A program made the position numbers and the translations under genes. The notes under the pieces were generated by a model. The model was not told the origin of the DNA. It did no database searches and was given only the letters and a program-made list of their open reading frames with translations. Positions 9,373 through 18,502 of a DNA stretch of 64,000 nucleotides are shown one piece after another (the first letter of the stretch is position 1; each line of letters opens with the position of its first letter). This stretch comes from an uncultured Myxococcales bacterium (lineage in GTDB: Bacteria > Myxococcota_A > UBA9042): assembly GCA_937910235.1 (NCBI GenBank), contig CALENB010000329.1:871-64870 (forward strand), written 5' to 3'.

Positions 9373-11001
9373 TCACTTACACACGGTCTTCCCGGCCAGA
9401 CTCGCCCGCACCACCAGCAGGTTCGCCGCCTTGCCGGAGCCGCTCTTGCCGACTAGGCCAACCGCGTCGTTCCACACCACCGCGCCATACCCCGCGCTGC
9501 CCGAGACCCCTGCGTCGAGCGACCACGTCGTCGCGCCAGCGCTGTCCGTTCGCCACAGCAGCGCCTCGTCGTTGCCCGCCGTCTTGGCGCTGCGGCCCGC
9601 CGCGATGAAGCCGCCGCTGATGCGCGCCAAGGCATACGCCGCCGCGCCGCCGGGCGCCGTCGCGGTCTCCTGCCAGGTTGATTTTCCGGCCGCGTCGGCG
9701 TGCATCAACCACGCCGCGGTGCTGGTGGCGCCGGGTTTCTTGCGGCTGCCGGCGACCGTGTAGCCCTTATTCTGCAGCACCGGATCGGGGTCGCTGACGA
9801 GCGACCAGCCGGTGTCTTCACCGTCGCTGAAGTAGGTCCGCTGCCAGCTCACCGCGCCGGTGTCGTCGAGCTCCAGCAGCCACACGTGCGGGCCGCTGCC
9901 GCCCGGCGCGGTGTCCCCCACGACCGCGATGTGGCCGTTGTGCAGCGTCACCACGTCCCACGCCGCGTCGAACCCCGTCGTGCCGTGGCTCTTCACCCAC
10001 AGCGGCTTGAGCGTCGTCGGATCGATGCGCGTCACCGCGAGCGCGAGGTCGCCCGCGGCGTCTTCGAGGTAGCCCGCCGCTACCATCCGTATCGCCGGTT
10101 TCGCGGCCGCCGCGCCGACCGCGATGGCGTGCAGCTCGGTGACCTCACCAAGGCCAAAGACGTGGCTGCCTACCGCTTTTCCGGCCTTGTCGGTGACATG
10201 CAGCCAGCCACGCGCGCGCTTGTCGCCGTGCTCGCGCCAGGTGCCGACCACCGCGAACTTGCCGTCCCAGGCGGCGACGTCGTAGGCCGTCTGGTCGAGG
10301 TCGTTGCCCAGCAGCTGCTCCCACAACAGCTCGCCGTGCGCGTCGATGCGCACCACCCAGGCGTCGCGGCCGCCCTTGCCCGTGCTCGCTACGCCGCCGC
10401 CGTCGCTGTGACCGACCACCACGACGCTGCCATCGGCGAGCCAAGCCCCGGCGCGGCCGACGTCTTCGCCGCTGCCGCCAAACGTCTTCTGCCAAAATAG
10501 CGGCGCGCCGGCGCACGTGCCGCTATCACACACATCTTTGGTGGTGCAGGCCTTGCCGTCGTCGCAGGGCGCGGTGTTGACGGCGTGGCTGCACTTGCCG
10601 TTGACGCACGAGTCATCGGTGCAGCCGTTGCCGTCGTCGCAGCCATTCGGGCAGCCGTCGCCCGCGTCGCCGGTCACCGAATCGCCCGGATTTACGGCGT
10701 CTCCGTTCACTGCGCCCGCGTCGAGCGCGCCGCCGTCCGTCGCGGTGCTATCGGTCGCCGTGCCATCTGTCGCGGCGCCATCCGTCGCGGCGCTATCCGT
10801 CGCGGTGCCATCTGTCGCTGCTCCTGTGTCGGCGCCGCTCGTCGCGCCATCCGGCGACGACCCGGTGGTATCGCTCGCACCCGATGTTGTCGCGGTTGTC
10901 GCGGGCGTTGTGCTGCAGCCGGCGGTGGCCAGCGCCGTCATCAAGACCGTCGCCGAGACTGTCACCAAGACTGACATCCACCCTGTCGCTGTGCGCCGCA
11001 T
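9373..11001 (-). CDS. Lipoprotein: TDxxA linker, two Cys-rich repeats, beta-propeller domain
   Basis: Lipobox TAGC; CDDGNGCTDDSC; WQKTFGGSGED, DAWVVRIDAHGELLWEQ and WLLELDDTGAVSWQR blades. Confidence 0.85.
   Translation of the reverse strand: MRRTATGWMSVLVTVSATVLMTALATAGCSTTPATTATTSGASDTTGSSPDGATSGADTGAATDGTATDSAATDGAATDGTATDSTATDGGALDAGAVNGDAVNPGDSVTGDAGDGCPNGCDDGNGCTDDSCVNGKCSHAVNTAPCDDGKACTTKDVCDSGTCAGAPLFWQKTFGGSGEDVGRAGAWLADGSVVVVGHSDGGGVASTGKGGRDAWVVRIDAHGELLWEQLLGNDLDQTAYDVAAWDGKFAVVGTWREHGDKRARGWLHVTDKAGKAVGSHVFGLGEVTELHAIAVGAAAAKPAIRMVAAGYLEDAAGDLALAVTRIDPTTLKPLWVKSHGTTGFDAAWDVVTLHNGHIAVVGDTAPGGSGPHVWLLELDDTGAVSWQRTYFSDGEDTGWSLVSDPDPVLQNKGYTVAGSRKKPGATSTAAWLMHADAAGKSTWQETATAPGGAAAYALARISGGFIAAGRSAKTAGNDEALLWRTDSAGATTWSLDAGVSGSAGYGAVVWNDAVGLVGKSGSGKAANLLVVRASLAGKTVCK
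10730..10815. repeat. In-frame 15-bp tandem repeat encoding TD(G/S)(T/A)A
   Basis: The protein reads ATDGTATDSAATDGAATDGTATDSTATDGG. Confidence 0.8.
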
Positions 11002-11098
11002 CGCGTCCTCCTCGGCCCAGGGCGGGAGAATCGCCGGGGCGGCGCAGTGTAGGAGGCCGGTTGGTCGGCAGCAAGGCGGCTAGGCGCGGCCGCTGCGC

Positions 11099-12133
11099 TC
11101 AATTACATCCGACGAGCTTCGGCTGGCCACCCTGCTGCGTCAGCCAGGCCGCGGCGTCGTCGGCGGTGATGCCGGACGCACAGACTTGCAGGTCCCCCGC
11201 CATCTTCACCTGCGTGCCCAGCCACGTCAGCGCCGTGATGTTGGGCTGCGTCTTGAGGGTGAAGTGGCCGAGCGTCTTGAGCTTACCCAACGTGATCGAG
11301 GTGTTGCTAAGCAGTTGGTTGGCGTTGATCGTGAACTGCGACATCGCGGTCAGCATCGGCGCGCGCACCGACGCCAGCTTGGTGTTGGCCTGGATGAACA
11401 GCCCGTCGATGTTGTGGGCGCTCGGCAGGTTGATCTCGGCGCAGGCGTTTTTGTCGATCTGCAGGCCGCCGAAGAAGTTGCCCACCGACGCAAACGTCAC
11501 GCTGGTGAGGTTGTAGTTGTTGTTCACGCCGACGGCGCCCGAGACGTCTTCCAGCTTGCCAAAGGTCTTCCAGGTTGTGGCGGCGTTGTTGGAGACCTGG
11601 AGCGCGCCCACCTGCCGCAGCGCGTCAAATCCGGCGATCGACACCGCCTTGGTGTTGCCTGTGATCTGGAGGCTCACCTTGATGGTGCTCAGCTTCGGGA
11701 ACACCGGCAGGTGGCCCAGCTGCGTCGCGCTGATCAGCACGCTCTGGTCGACGTCGGTGAGGTTCGGCAACGGCGACACCGCCGGCCCTGCACCAGCGCC
11801 CCGGATCACGAGGACACCCTGGATGCGACGCACCGCGGCGAGCTGCTTGTAGGTCGGAAAATCAACGTTGATGGTCACTTTGCCGCTGATGGTGCACTCG
11901 CCCGCGTACGTCGTCGTAGCGCCCGCCACGGTTAGGTTGACGGAGTTCTGGTAGACCCCCGCTACACACGCCGTCGTGCCGCCACCCGATCCGGGGCTGT
12001 CGTCCTTGATCAACGCCGGATCGATCGGCGGCGTGTCGAACTCGGGCAGCAAGCAGCCCGCGAAGGAGACGAGCAGGCAGGCGAGGCCGATGTGGCGGGC
12101 CAGCAGTTGGGATGTGTGGTGGTTAGAATGCAT
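11099..12133 (-). CDS. Lipoprotein with receptor L-domain-like leucine-rich repeats
   Basis: ATG 12133 overlaps the upstream stop; lipobox FAGC; repeats of the form L..V.G.L.I..N..L. Confidence 0.8.
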   Translation of the reverse strand: MHSNHHTSQLLARHIGLACLLVSFAGCLLPEFDTPPIDPALIKDDSPGSGGGTTACVAGVYQNSVNLTVAGATTTYAGECTISGKVTINVDFPTYKQLAAVRRIQGVLVIRGAGAGPAVSPLPNLTDVDQSVLISATQLGHLPVFPKLSTIKVSLQITGNTKAVSIAGFDALRQVGALQVSNNAATTWKTFGKLEDVSGAVGVNNNYNLTSVTFASVGNFFGGLQIDKNACAEINLPSAHNIDGLFIQANTKLASVRAPMLTAMSQFTINANQLLSNTSITLGKLKTLGHFTLKTQPNITALTWLGTQVKMAGDLQVCASGITADDAAAWLTQQGGQPKLVGCN

Positions 12134-12926
12134 AGCCAAACCCCACCCGCGCGACGCTCTCGTAGGCGCGCCGCTGCGTGCTACCAAAGGGATCTTGTCC
12201 ATCGAAGAGCGTCTTGCTGTCGTTGCCGCCTGTCTCCAGGTCCGCGACGCGCTGGCTGGTCATCCACTCGCCAAAGACGAGGAACGAGCCGCCGCGGCGC
12301 CGACCGGCTTTGAAGTAGACCGTCGCGCGCGCGGCGGCTTTGTTGACGCTGTCGTTGGTGTCGGCCACCGACGCGCTCGCCACCCCCGGCCACCAGGTGT
12401 AGGTGCCCTCGACCCCGATGCGGTGGTTGATCCGCACCGACGCGTTGAGCTTGAGGTAGGTGTAGGCGACCTGCCAGTTGATGCCAAAACCCGGCGAAAA
12501 GCCGAGCTGGATGCGGTCACCCGTGCCACCGAAGAGGCGCCACAGCGTCACGGGGAAACCGACGGCGAGGTGCATCGGAAAGCCGAGGTCGCCCAGCACC
12601 GTGTCATTGTCGTTGTAGCCGATGCCGTCCCAGCCGAGGCCCATGTCGAACTCGATGCCAGCCAAGTTGCCGAGCGGCGAGCTCTTGCCGAAGTAGGCGC
12701 CCGCGAACTGGAAGTAGACCTGGCTGCCGGATTTGGCCCACCGCTCGCCGCGGCCGATGTAGCCCTCGACACGCAGGTCGTGGGTGCCGCCGATCCAGCC
12801 GATGCCCTCTTTGGCTTCGGCGCGCTGCGTGGGAAGACAGATCGCTGTCAGCAGCAGGGCGCAGAGCAGGCCGCGCAGCGGGCGCACGGCTCGTGTGAGG
12901 TGTCGTGTGAGGTGTCGTGTGATCAT
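12123..12926 (-). CDS. Putative outer-membrane beta-barrel protein
   Basis: AGGAGGT RBS; signal peptide ending AEA; alternating aromatic/Gly strands; C-terminal VGFGYAF. Confidence 0.75.
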   Translation of the reverse strand: MITRHLTRHLTRAVRPLRGLLCALLLTAICLPTQRAEAKEGIGWIGGTHDLRVEGYIGRGERWAKSGSQVYFQFAGAYFGKSSPLGNLAGIEFDMGLGWDGIGYNDNDTVLGDLGFPMHLAVGFPVTLWRLFGGTGDRIQLGFSPGFGINWQVAYTYLKLNASVRINHRIGVEGTYTWWPGVASASVADTNDSVNKAAARATVYFKAGRRRGGSFLVFGEWMTSQRVADLETGGNDSKTLFDGQDPFGSTQRRAYESVARVGFGYAF

Positions 12927-12935
12927 CCCCACCTC

Positions 12936-13904
12936 CTAAAATCGCGCGCCGGCGGAGGCGACAAAGCCAAACACGCCGGACGTCGGGGATGGGGTCGTGG
13001 CCGCGGCCTCGACGTAGACGCGCTGCAGCAGCGCGGCGGTGACCCCGATGCGCAGCGGGAAGCCCGCGACCTGGGCCACGCGCGTGTTCTTGCCAACCTG
13101 CGACCCCGTAATGTCGGCGCCGCGGGAGTGACCGAACCAGTTCCACTCCCACAGGCCGTAGAGGTTGACCGGCCCGACCGCCTAGGACACGCGAAACGGC
13201 ATGCCGAAGTAGCTCCAATCGGTGATGAGGTACTTGCCCTCGCTCGCGACGCCGCTCTTGACGCTGCCGAACCCCATGCCGATCTCGAACATGCCCTTGG
13301 CTCGCGCGCCGCGGCCGGAGAGCTTGATGCCGCCCATCATCATGGTGACCTTGTAGCCGCTGGCGTCGCCGCCGAGGTTGCGGGAGTAGATCTCCAGGTC
13401 GAAGCTCTGCCCGGGCGAGGTCACCATGTTCGTCGCGCTGTTGCTCGCCGAGCGCTGCATCGCCTGTTTTTCAGCCTCGCTGTAGTACGTCGTTCGCGTG
13501 TAGCGCATGTTGCCTTCGGTCCAGCTCGTCGACGACTTTGGCCCCGACGCCGCGGCGGCTGCGGTCAAGATCCGCAAGATGCCGAGGATCGTGCCGGTGA
13601 TGAAGCCGTTGCGCTCGTAGTAGCGGAACCCGACCGCCTCGACCGCGAGCGAGCTGCCCGTCGACCAGGCGTTGAAGTCGCCGCTGCGGTTGTACGTCAG
13701 CCCCATCGTGGCGCTGTAGCTGTGCAGGAGGCCGCGGCCATCCTCCACGAGCGACAGCCGCGATCGCGCCGCGGCGATGGACGGCGTCACCGAGCTCGAC
13801 AGCACCAGCAGCAGCGTCACTAGCGCGGCGCGGCGCCAGCGGCGAGGTCGCGGAACCTCTCGCGCGGCGCTGGTCTTGTGCCCCGCAGGCGCGGACGTGT
13901 TCAT
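12936..13904 (-). pseudogene. Putative outer-membrane protein interrupted by an in-frame TAG at 13184-13182 (pseudogene, sequencing error or readthrough)
   Basis: ATG 13904 with GGAGGAG RBS and a signal peptide. The frame continues past the TAG for 81 more codons (AVGPVNLYGLWEWNWFG...GVFGFVASAGARF*), ends in a beta-barrel Phe and abuts the RBS of the next gene. Confidence 0.75.
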
Positions 13905-14091
13905 CTCTCCTCCCCTTCGCCCAGGCGCGCGCCGGCGACCCGAAGGCGCGTGACCCTGGCCGCGACGTGTGACATCCCTGAATAACGCGACTGATAGTCG
14001 AACACATGGATCGCAAGTCAAGAACCACGGCGCGTTATCGTTCGCCACCTCGTCTTGGTGCATCGTGGTACGCACGAACGTCGGCGACGAT

Positions 14092-14409
14092 CTAGTCCTC
14101 AGGTGACGCTGGCGGCGAATCTCGACTGGGCGGCGGCTGGCGCACGCTGAAGCCAAAAAACGCCTCGCGAGGCTGCGGTGACGTCTCCACCGCGGTCACC
14201 ATGCCGGCCAGGGGGCCACGCTCACACCAGCTGAACAGCATGCGCACGTTGCGCTCTTCGCCGTTGGCCACGACCTCGATTTGGCCGTCTTCGTGCTGCA
14301 GGACCCAGCCGACCAGCTGAAGCTTCTCGGCCTGCCGCCGCACCATGGATCGGAAGCTGGTGCCCGCTAAATCGCCGGTGATCAGGCCTCGTAGCTGGAT
14401 TCGTCGCAT
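14092..14409 (-). CDS. Acylphosphatase-like protein (degenerate active site)
   Basis: Fold motifs FR..VRRQAEKLQLVGWV, DGQIEVVANGE, WCERGP. The canonical VQGVGFR loop reads LAGTSFR and GWVRN reads GWVLQ. Confidence 0.75.
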   Translation of the reverse strand: MRRIQLRGLITGDLAGTSFRSMVRRQAEKLQLVGWVLQHEDGQIEVVANGEERNVRMLFSWCERGPLAGMVTAVETSPQPREAFFGFSVRQPPPSRDSPPASPED

Positions 14410-14716
14410 CGTGTCGCTCCGTGGGGTTGTCCGGTTTGCGATGGCTCCCGCACCGTGGGCACCGCCTCCGCTGCGGCGGTCCTGAACCAGCGCTGAGGCA
14501 GGAGGCGACGATAGCCTAGCGTGACCCGCCGCGAGAAGGATCCCCGAGAGACGCTGAAGGTGATCGTGAAACGGGTGCGTCCGCGTTTGGGCGGCGGGCG
14601 CGGCGCGATCGAGGCGTCGCGACCCCATCGGGGGCGATCGACTTCTGGATTTCCGATAGTCATCGCGGTAGGTTCCCATTTCCCACTAGGCGCTCATCAT
14701 CCCCCCGATTCGGCGT

Positions 14717-15997
14717 GTGACACCCACGACGACCTCCACGATGGCCTCCACGACGGCCGCCAAAACGGCTGAGTTGCGGCGTCTGGCTTTGGTCGGACAC
14801 GAGATGCGGGCGCCGATCGCGGGGATCCGCGGCGCGACCGGGCTGCTGCAGCGCGAGTTGCTGAGCGACGCGCAGCGGGCGTTGGTCGATCAGATCGAGA
14901 GCAGCGCTGAGGTGCTCTCGCAGCTCGTCAACGACACCCTCGATCTCGCGCGTTTGCAGTCGGGGCGCGTCGCGCTGAACCCCGGCCTCGTCGATCTGAG
15001 CGCGCTGGCCGACGAGGTGGTCGCCCAGCTCGTGGGCGCCAGGGCGGAGTCGACGCTCGACGTGGTGGTGCACTATCCCGGTGACAGCTTTCGCCACGTT
15101 CGGGTCGACGGCCTGCGTCTGCGCCAAGTGCTGACCAATCTCGTCGGCAACGCTGTGAAGTTCACGCGGCAGGGCCAGGTCGACGTGACGATCTTCGGCC
15201 GCAACGCCGGCGTGGACCACGCAAAACTCACGTTTTCGGTGCGGGACACGGGCATCGGCATCGCCGCGGATCGACTCGACGCGATTTTTGAGCCCTTTGA
15301 GCAGGCGAACAGTCAGATCAGCACAGGTTTTGGCGGCACCGGGCTTGGGCTCCCGATCGCGCGCGGGCTCGTGACGGCGATGGGCGGCGAGCTGGTTGTG
15401 CAGAGCGTCGAGGGTCAGGGCACGTGCTTTGAGTTCTCGCTGTTGCTGCCGATCGTGATGACCGAGGAGCTGTTGGCGGCGCGCGCACGTCGGATCTCGC
15501 AGAACCGCAAGGCGCCACGCAGCCGCCGCCACGGCATGGCCGAGGCCTCGAAGCGCTGGAAGCAGACGCTGCAGAGCGCCACGCTGGCCCGCGCCTTGGT
15601 CGCAGACGATGACCAGATCGGTCGCCTCGTCGCCCGCGCGGGGCTCGTCGGCCTCGGCCTCGGCACGCAGCTCGCGTGTGATGGTCAAGAGGCGGTCGCC
15701 ATGGCGCACGCGGGCACCTATGAGCTGGCGCTGATCGATCTGCACATGCCAAAGCTCGACGGGTACGAGGTGCTGCGCCAGCTCCGCGCGTTGCCGCGGC
15801 CACCGGTGCTCATCGCGCTCACGGCGGCAGACGCCGCCGACGTGCGACAGCTGGCGCAGCAGGCTGGCGCGGACGAGGTGCTGACGAAGCCCTTTGAGCC
15901 GGAGGATCTCGCGCGTCTGCTCGACGGCCTGCAGCCCGCGTGGTGGCGCCGCGACGTCGTGCGCGTTGGCGGACGCCCGGCGCGATTCCGACCCTAG
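14717..15997 (+). CDS. Hybrid histidine kinase (HisKA-HATPase-REC) lacking an input domain
   Basis: H-box GHEMRAP, N-box NLVGNAVKFT, DTGIGI, GGTGLGL; REC with LVADDD, DLHMPKLDG and KP. Confidence 0.9.
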   Translation: MTPTTTSTMASTTAAKTAELRRLALVGHEMRAPIAGIRGATGLLQRELLSDAQRALVDQIESSAEVLSQLVNDTLDLARLQSGRVALNPGLVDLSALADEVVAQLVGARAESTLDVVVHYPGDSFRHVRVDGLRLRQVLTNLVGNAVKFTRQGQVDVTIFGRNAGVDHAKLTFSVRDTGIGIAADRLDAIFEPFEQANSQISTGFGGTGLGLPIARGLVTAMGGELVVQSVEGQGTCFEFSLLLPIVMTEELLAARARRISQNRKAPRSRRHGMAEASKRWKQTLQSATLARALVADDDQIGRLVARAGLVGLGLGTQLACDGQEAVAMAHAGTYELALIDLHMPKLDGYEVLRQLRALPRPPVLIALTAADAADVRQLAQQAGADEVLTKPFEPEDLARLLDGLQPAWWRRDVVRVGGRPARFRP

Positions 15998-16052
15998 CGC
16001 ACGCTGAACCACGCCTCACGTTTCAGGCTATACTCTGGGCGCGAGGTGTCCC

Positions 16053-17228
16053 GTGTTGCTCAAGCGTCTGAGAACTTCCGGAAAAGGCGCGGCGATCGGG
16101 CTGACCGTCGCCGGCAACCAGGTCACCCTGCTCCACGACCCCGAGACCTGCCTGCCCGCCATGCTCGACGCGATCGAGGACGCCACCCGAGAGGTGCTCG
16201 TCGAGATGTATTGGTTTGCCTCCGACCGCACCGGCTGGGAGTTCGCTGAGGCGCTCTGCGATCGCGCCCGCGCTGGCGTGCGTGTGCAGGTCATCTACGA
16301 CGCCGTCGGCTCGATCACGGCCGACGATCAGATGTTTCAGCGCATGCGGCGCGCCGGGTGCCACGTCGCTGAGTACAACCCGGTCGCGCCCTGGCGCGCG
16401 CGATTTCGCCTGGGCCTGCTCAACAACCGCGATCACCGCAAGATGGTCGTCGTCGACGGACAGGTCGCCTTGGTCGGCGGGGTCAATCTGGGCGATGAAT
16501 GGGCCGCGAAAGGCGCCGGTGGCAAGGGTTTTCGCGACGACGTCATCAAGATCGCGGGACCGGCCGCGCAACGGCTCCAGGACGTCTTTCAGGTGACCTG
16601 GTCGGAGCTGACCGGCATGGACGCCAACGGTCATCCCCGTGGCAACAGCCCCTCATTGCCTCATCCCAGCAACAAGTCAGGGTCGCTGGTGCGCGTGCTG
16701 GCCAATCACTACCGCGATGAACGCAAGGCGATTCGACGCGACTATCTGGGCAGAATCCAGGAGGCGAAGCGTTACCTCTACATCACCAACAGCTACTTCA
16801 TCCCCGACCGCAAGGTCAGGCAGAGCCTGATGGCGGCGGCGCGGCGCGGTGTCGATGTGCGTGTGTTGATGCCGGAGACCAGCGACGTACCCGCGGTTGA
16901 TTTCGCCAGCCGCTGGCTGTGGGGCGGGCTGCTCGAGGGCGGCGTGCGGCTGTATCGCTTCAAGGGCCCTGTGCTGCACGCCAAAAGCGCCGTCAGTGAC
17001 GACAGGTGGACGACCGTCGGCAGCTTCAACCTCGACAACCGCTCCTGGCGCACCAACCTGGAGCTCAACATCGTGATCATCGACGAGGCGCTCGCTCACT
17101 CGATGGTCGCGCGGTTTATGGCCGACCTCGACCTGAGCGACGAAGTGGACGCAACCGTCCATGGGCGCCGACGAGTTTGGCTGCGTCTGCTCGATTGGCT
17201 GTTCTTTCTGCTCCGTGCGCTGTTATAG
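16053..17228 (+). CDS. cls: Cardiolipin synthase (ClsB-type, phospholipase D family)
   Basis: Two HKD motifs (RDHRKMVVVDG; LHAKSAVSD), NSYFIP, GSFNLDNRS; no N-terminal TM segments. Confidence 0.9.
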   Translation: MLLKRLRTSGKGAAIGLTVAGNQVTLLHDPETCLPAMLDAIEDATREVLVEMYWFASDRTGWEFAEALCDRARAGVRVQVIYDAVGSITADDQMFQRMRRAGCHVAEYNPVAPWRARFRLGLLNNRDHRKMVVVDGQVALVGGVNLGDEWAAKGAGGKGFRDDVIKIAGPAAQRLQDVFQVTWSELTGMDANGHPRGNSPSLPHPSNKSGSLVRVLANHYRDERKAIRRDYLGRIQEAKRYLYITNSYFIPDRKVRQSLMAAARRGVDVRVLMPETSDVPAVDFASRWLWGGLLEGGVRLYRFKGPVLHAKSAVSDDRWTTVGSFNLDNRSWRTNLELNIVIIDEALAHSMVARFMADLDLSDEVDATVHGRRRVWLRLLDWLFFLLRALL

Positions 17229-17284
17229 GGACTAACTCAATCCCCGCCCCCCCGCCCTACGCCCGCTCACGCTCGGAGTTGTTC

Positions 17285-18178
17285 ATGGCCACGCAGACTA
17301 CGCCTCCCGTCTCGGTTGATCTCACCGGGATCAACGCCCTCGTCACCGGCGCAAACACCGGCATCGGTAAAGTCACCGCGCTAGAGTTGGCCCGGGCCGG
17401 CGCCGAGGTCACGTTGGCCTGCCGCACCGCCAGCAAGGCTGAAGCGGCGATGGCCGACATTCGCGCCGAGGTGCCGGGCGCGAAGCTGTCGTTTCTGGCC
17501 CTGGACCTCAGCGATCTCAGCCAGGTGCGCGCCGCTGCGGCCGAGCTGCTCGCCCGGGATGATCGCCCGCTGGACCTGCTCATTAACAACGCCGGGCTCG
17601 GCGGCGTGTCGGGCCAAACCGCTGATGGTTTCGAGACGCAGTTTGGTGTCAACCACCTCGGCCCCTTCCTCTTCACCCTGCTGCTGCTCGATCGGGTCAA
17701 AGCGGCCCCGGCGCCGCGGATCGTCAACGTGGCCAGCAAGGCGCACTACAAAGTACCCAAGGACGGCGGCATCGATTGGGCCGCGCAGACCCAGAAGACC
17801 GCCGGCGCGACGGGCTTTGCGGAGTATTGCGTCTCCAAGCTGTGCAACGTGCTCTTCAGCTTCGAGCTCGCCCGGCGGGTGCCCGAGGTGCCGGTCTACG
17901 CGCTGCATCCCGGCGTCATCGCCTCCGACGTGTGGCGCGCCATCCCTTGGCCTTTCCGGGGCTTGATCAAGCTGTTCATGATCAGCGTCGAGGAGGGTGC
18001 GCTGACGACCCTGCATTGCGCCACGTCTCCCGACGCGGCTGGCAAGACCGGGCTCTACTGGGACAGTCGTGAGCCCAAGACACCGTCCCGCCACGCGCGC
18101 GACACCGTCCTCGCCGCTGACTTGTGGCAGCGCAGCCTCTCGTGGGTCGGCCTGCAGGACGCTGACCCGACGGCGTAG
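17285..18178 (+). CDS. Short-chain dehydrogenase/reductase (retinol dehydrogenase/WWOX-like)
   Basis: TGANTGIG, NNAG, NHLGPF, YCVSK, HPG motifs; ATG 17285 after GGAG. Confidence 0.92.
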   Translation: MATQTTPPVSVDLTGINALVTGANTGIGKVTALELARAGAEVTLACRTASKAEAAMADIRAEVPGAKLSFLALDLSDLSQVRAAAAELLARDDRPLDLLINNAGLGGVSGQTADGFETQFGVNHLGPFLFTLLLLDRVKAAPAPRIVNVASKAHYKVPKDGGIDWAAQTQKTAGATGFAEYCVSKLCNVLFSFELARRVPEVPVYALHPGVIASDVWRAIPWPFRGLIKLFMISVEEGALTTLHCATSPDAAGKTGLYWDSREPKTPSRHARDTVLAADLWQRSLSWVGLQDADPTA

Positions 18179-18491
18179 CCCGCCACTGCTGGCGCCGGCT
18201 GAGACACACCGGCTGAGACACAGTCGTGACCATCGTCGTGTCGGGCGCCCCGCCGCCGATGTCGCAACTATGGCCATGGGTGAGCAGCTGTGGTCACCCC
18301 TTCTCCGCTCGATTTGGTCCGTGTTATCGCGTACGCTGACGACCGCGACAGGTCGATTTAAACCTAGACATTTCGAAGTGGACCGACGGTTGTTCATCGA
18401 AATTAGCACCCGAATAAGGGCGCTAATCGCGTGAAAAGTGTTGGAATCCCGACGCGCAATCAGGTAACGCTGATCGCGCGCTTGGGAGTGT

Positions 18492-18500
18492 GGGGGGGGG
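18492..18500 (+). repeat. G9 homopolymer at the RBS position of the first giant gene
   Basis: tGGGGGGGGGagATGATG; ATG at 18503. Confidence 0.7.
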
Positions 18501-18502
18501 AG

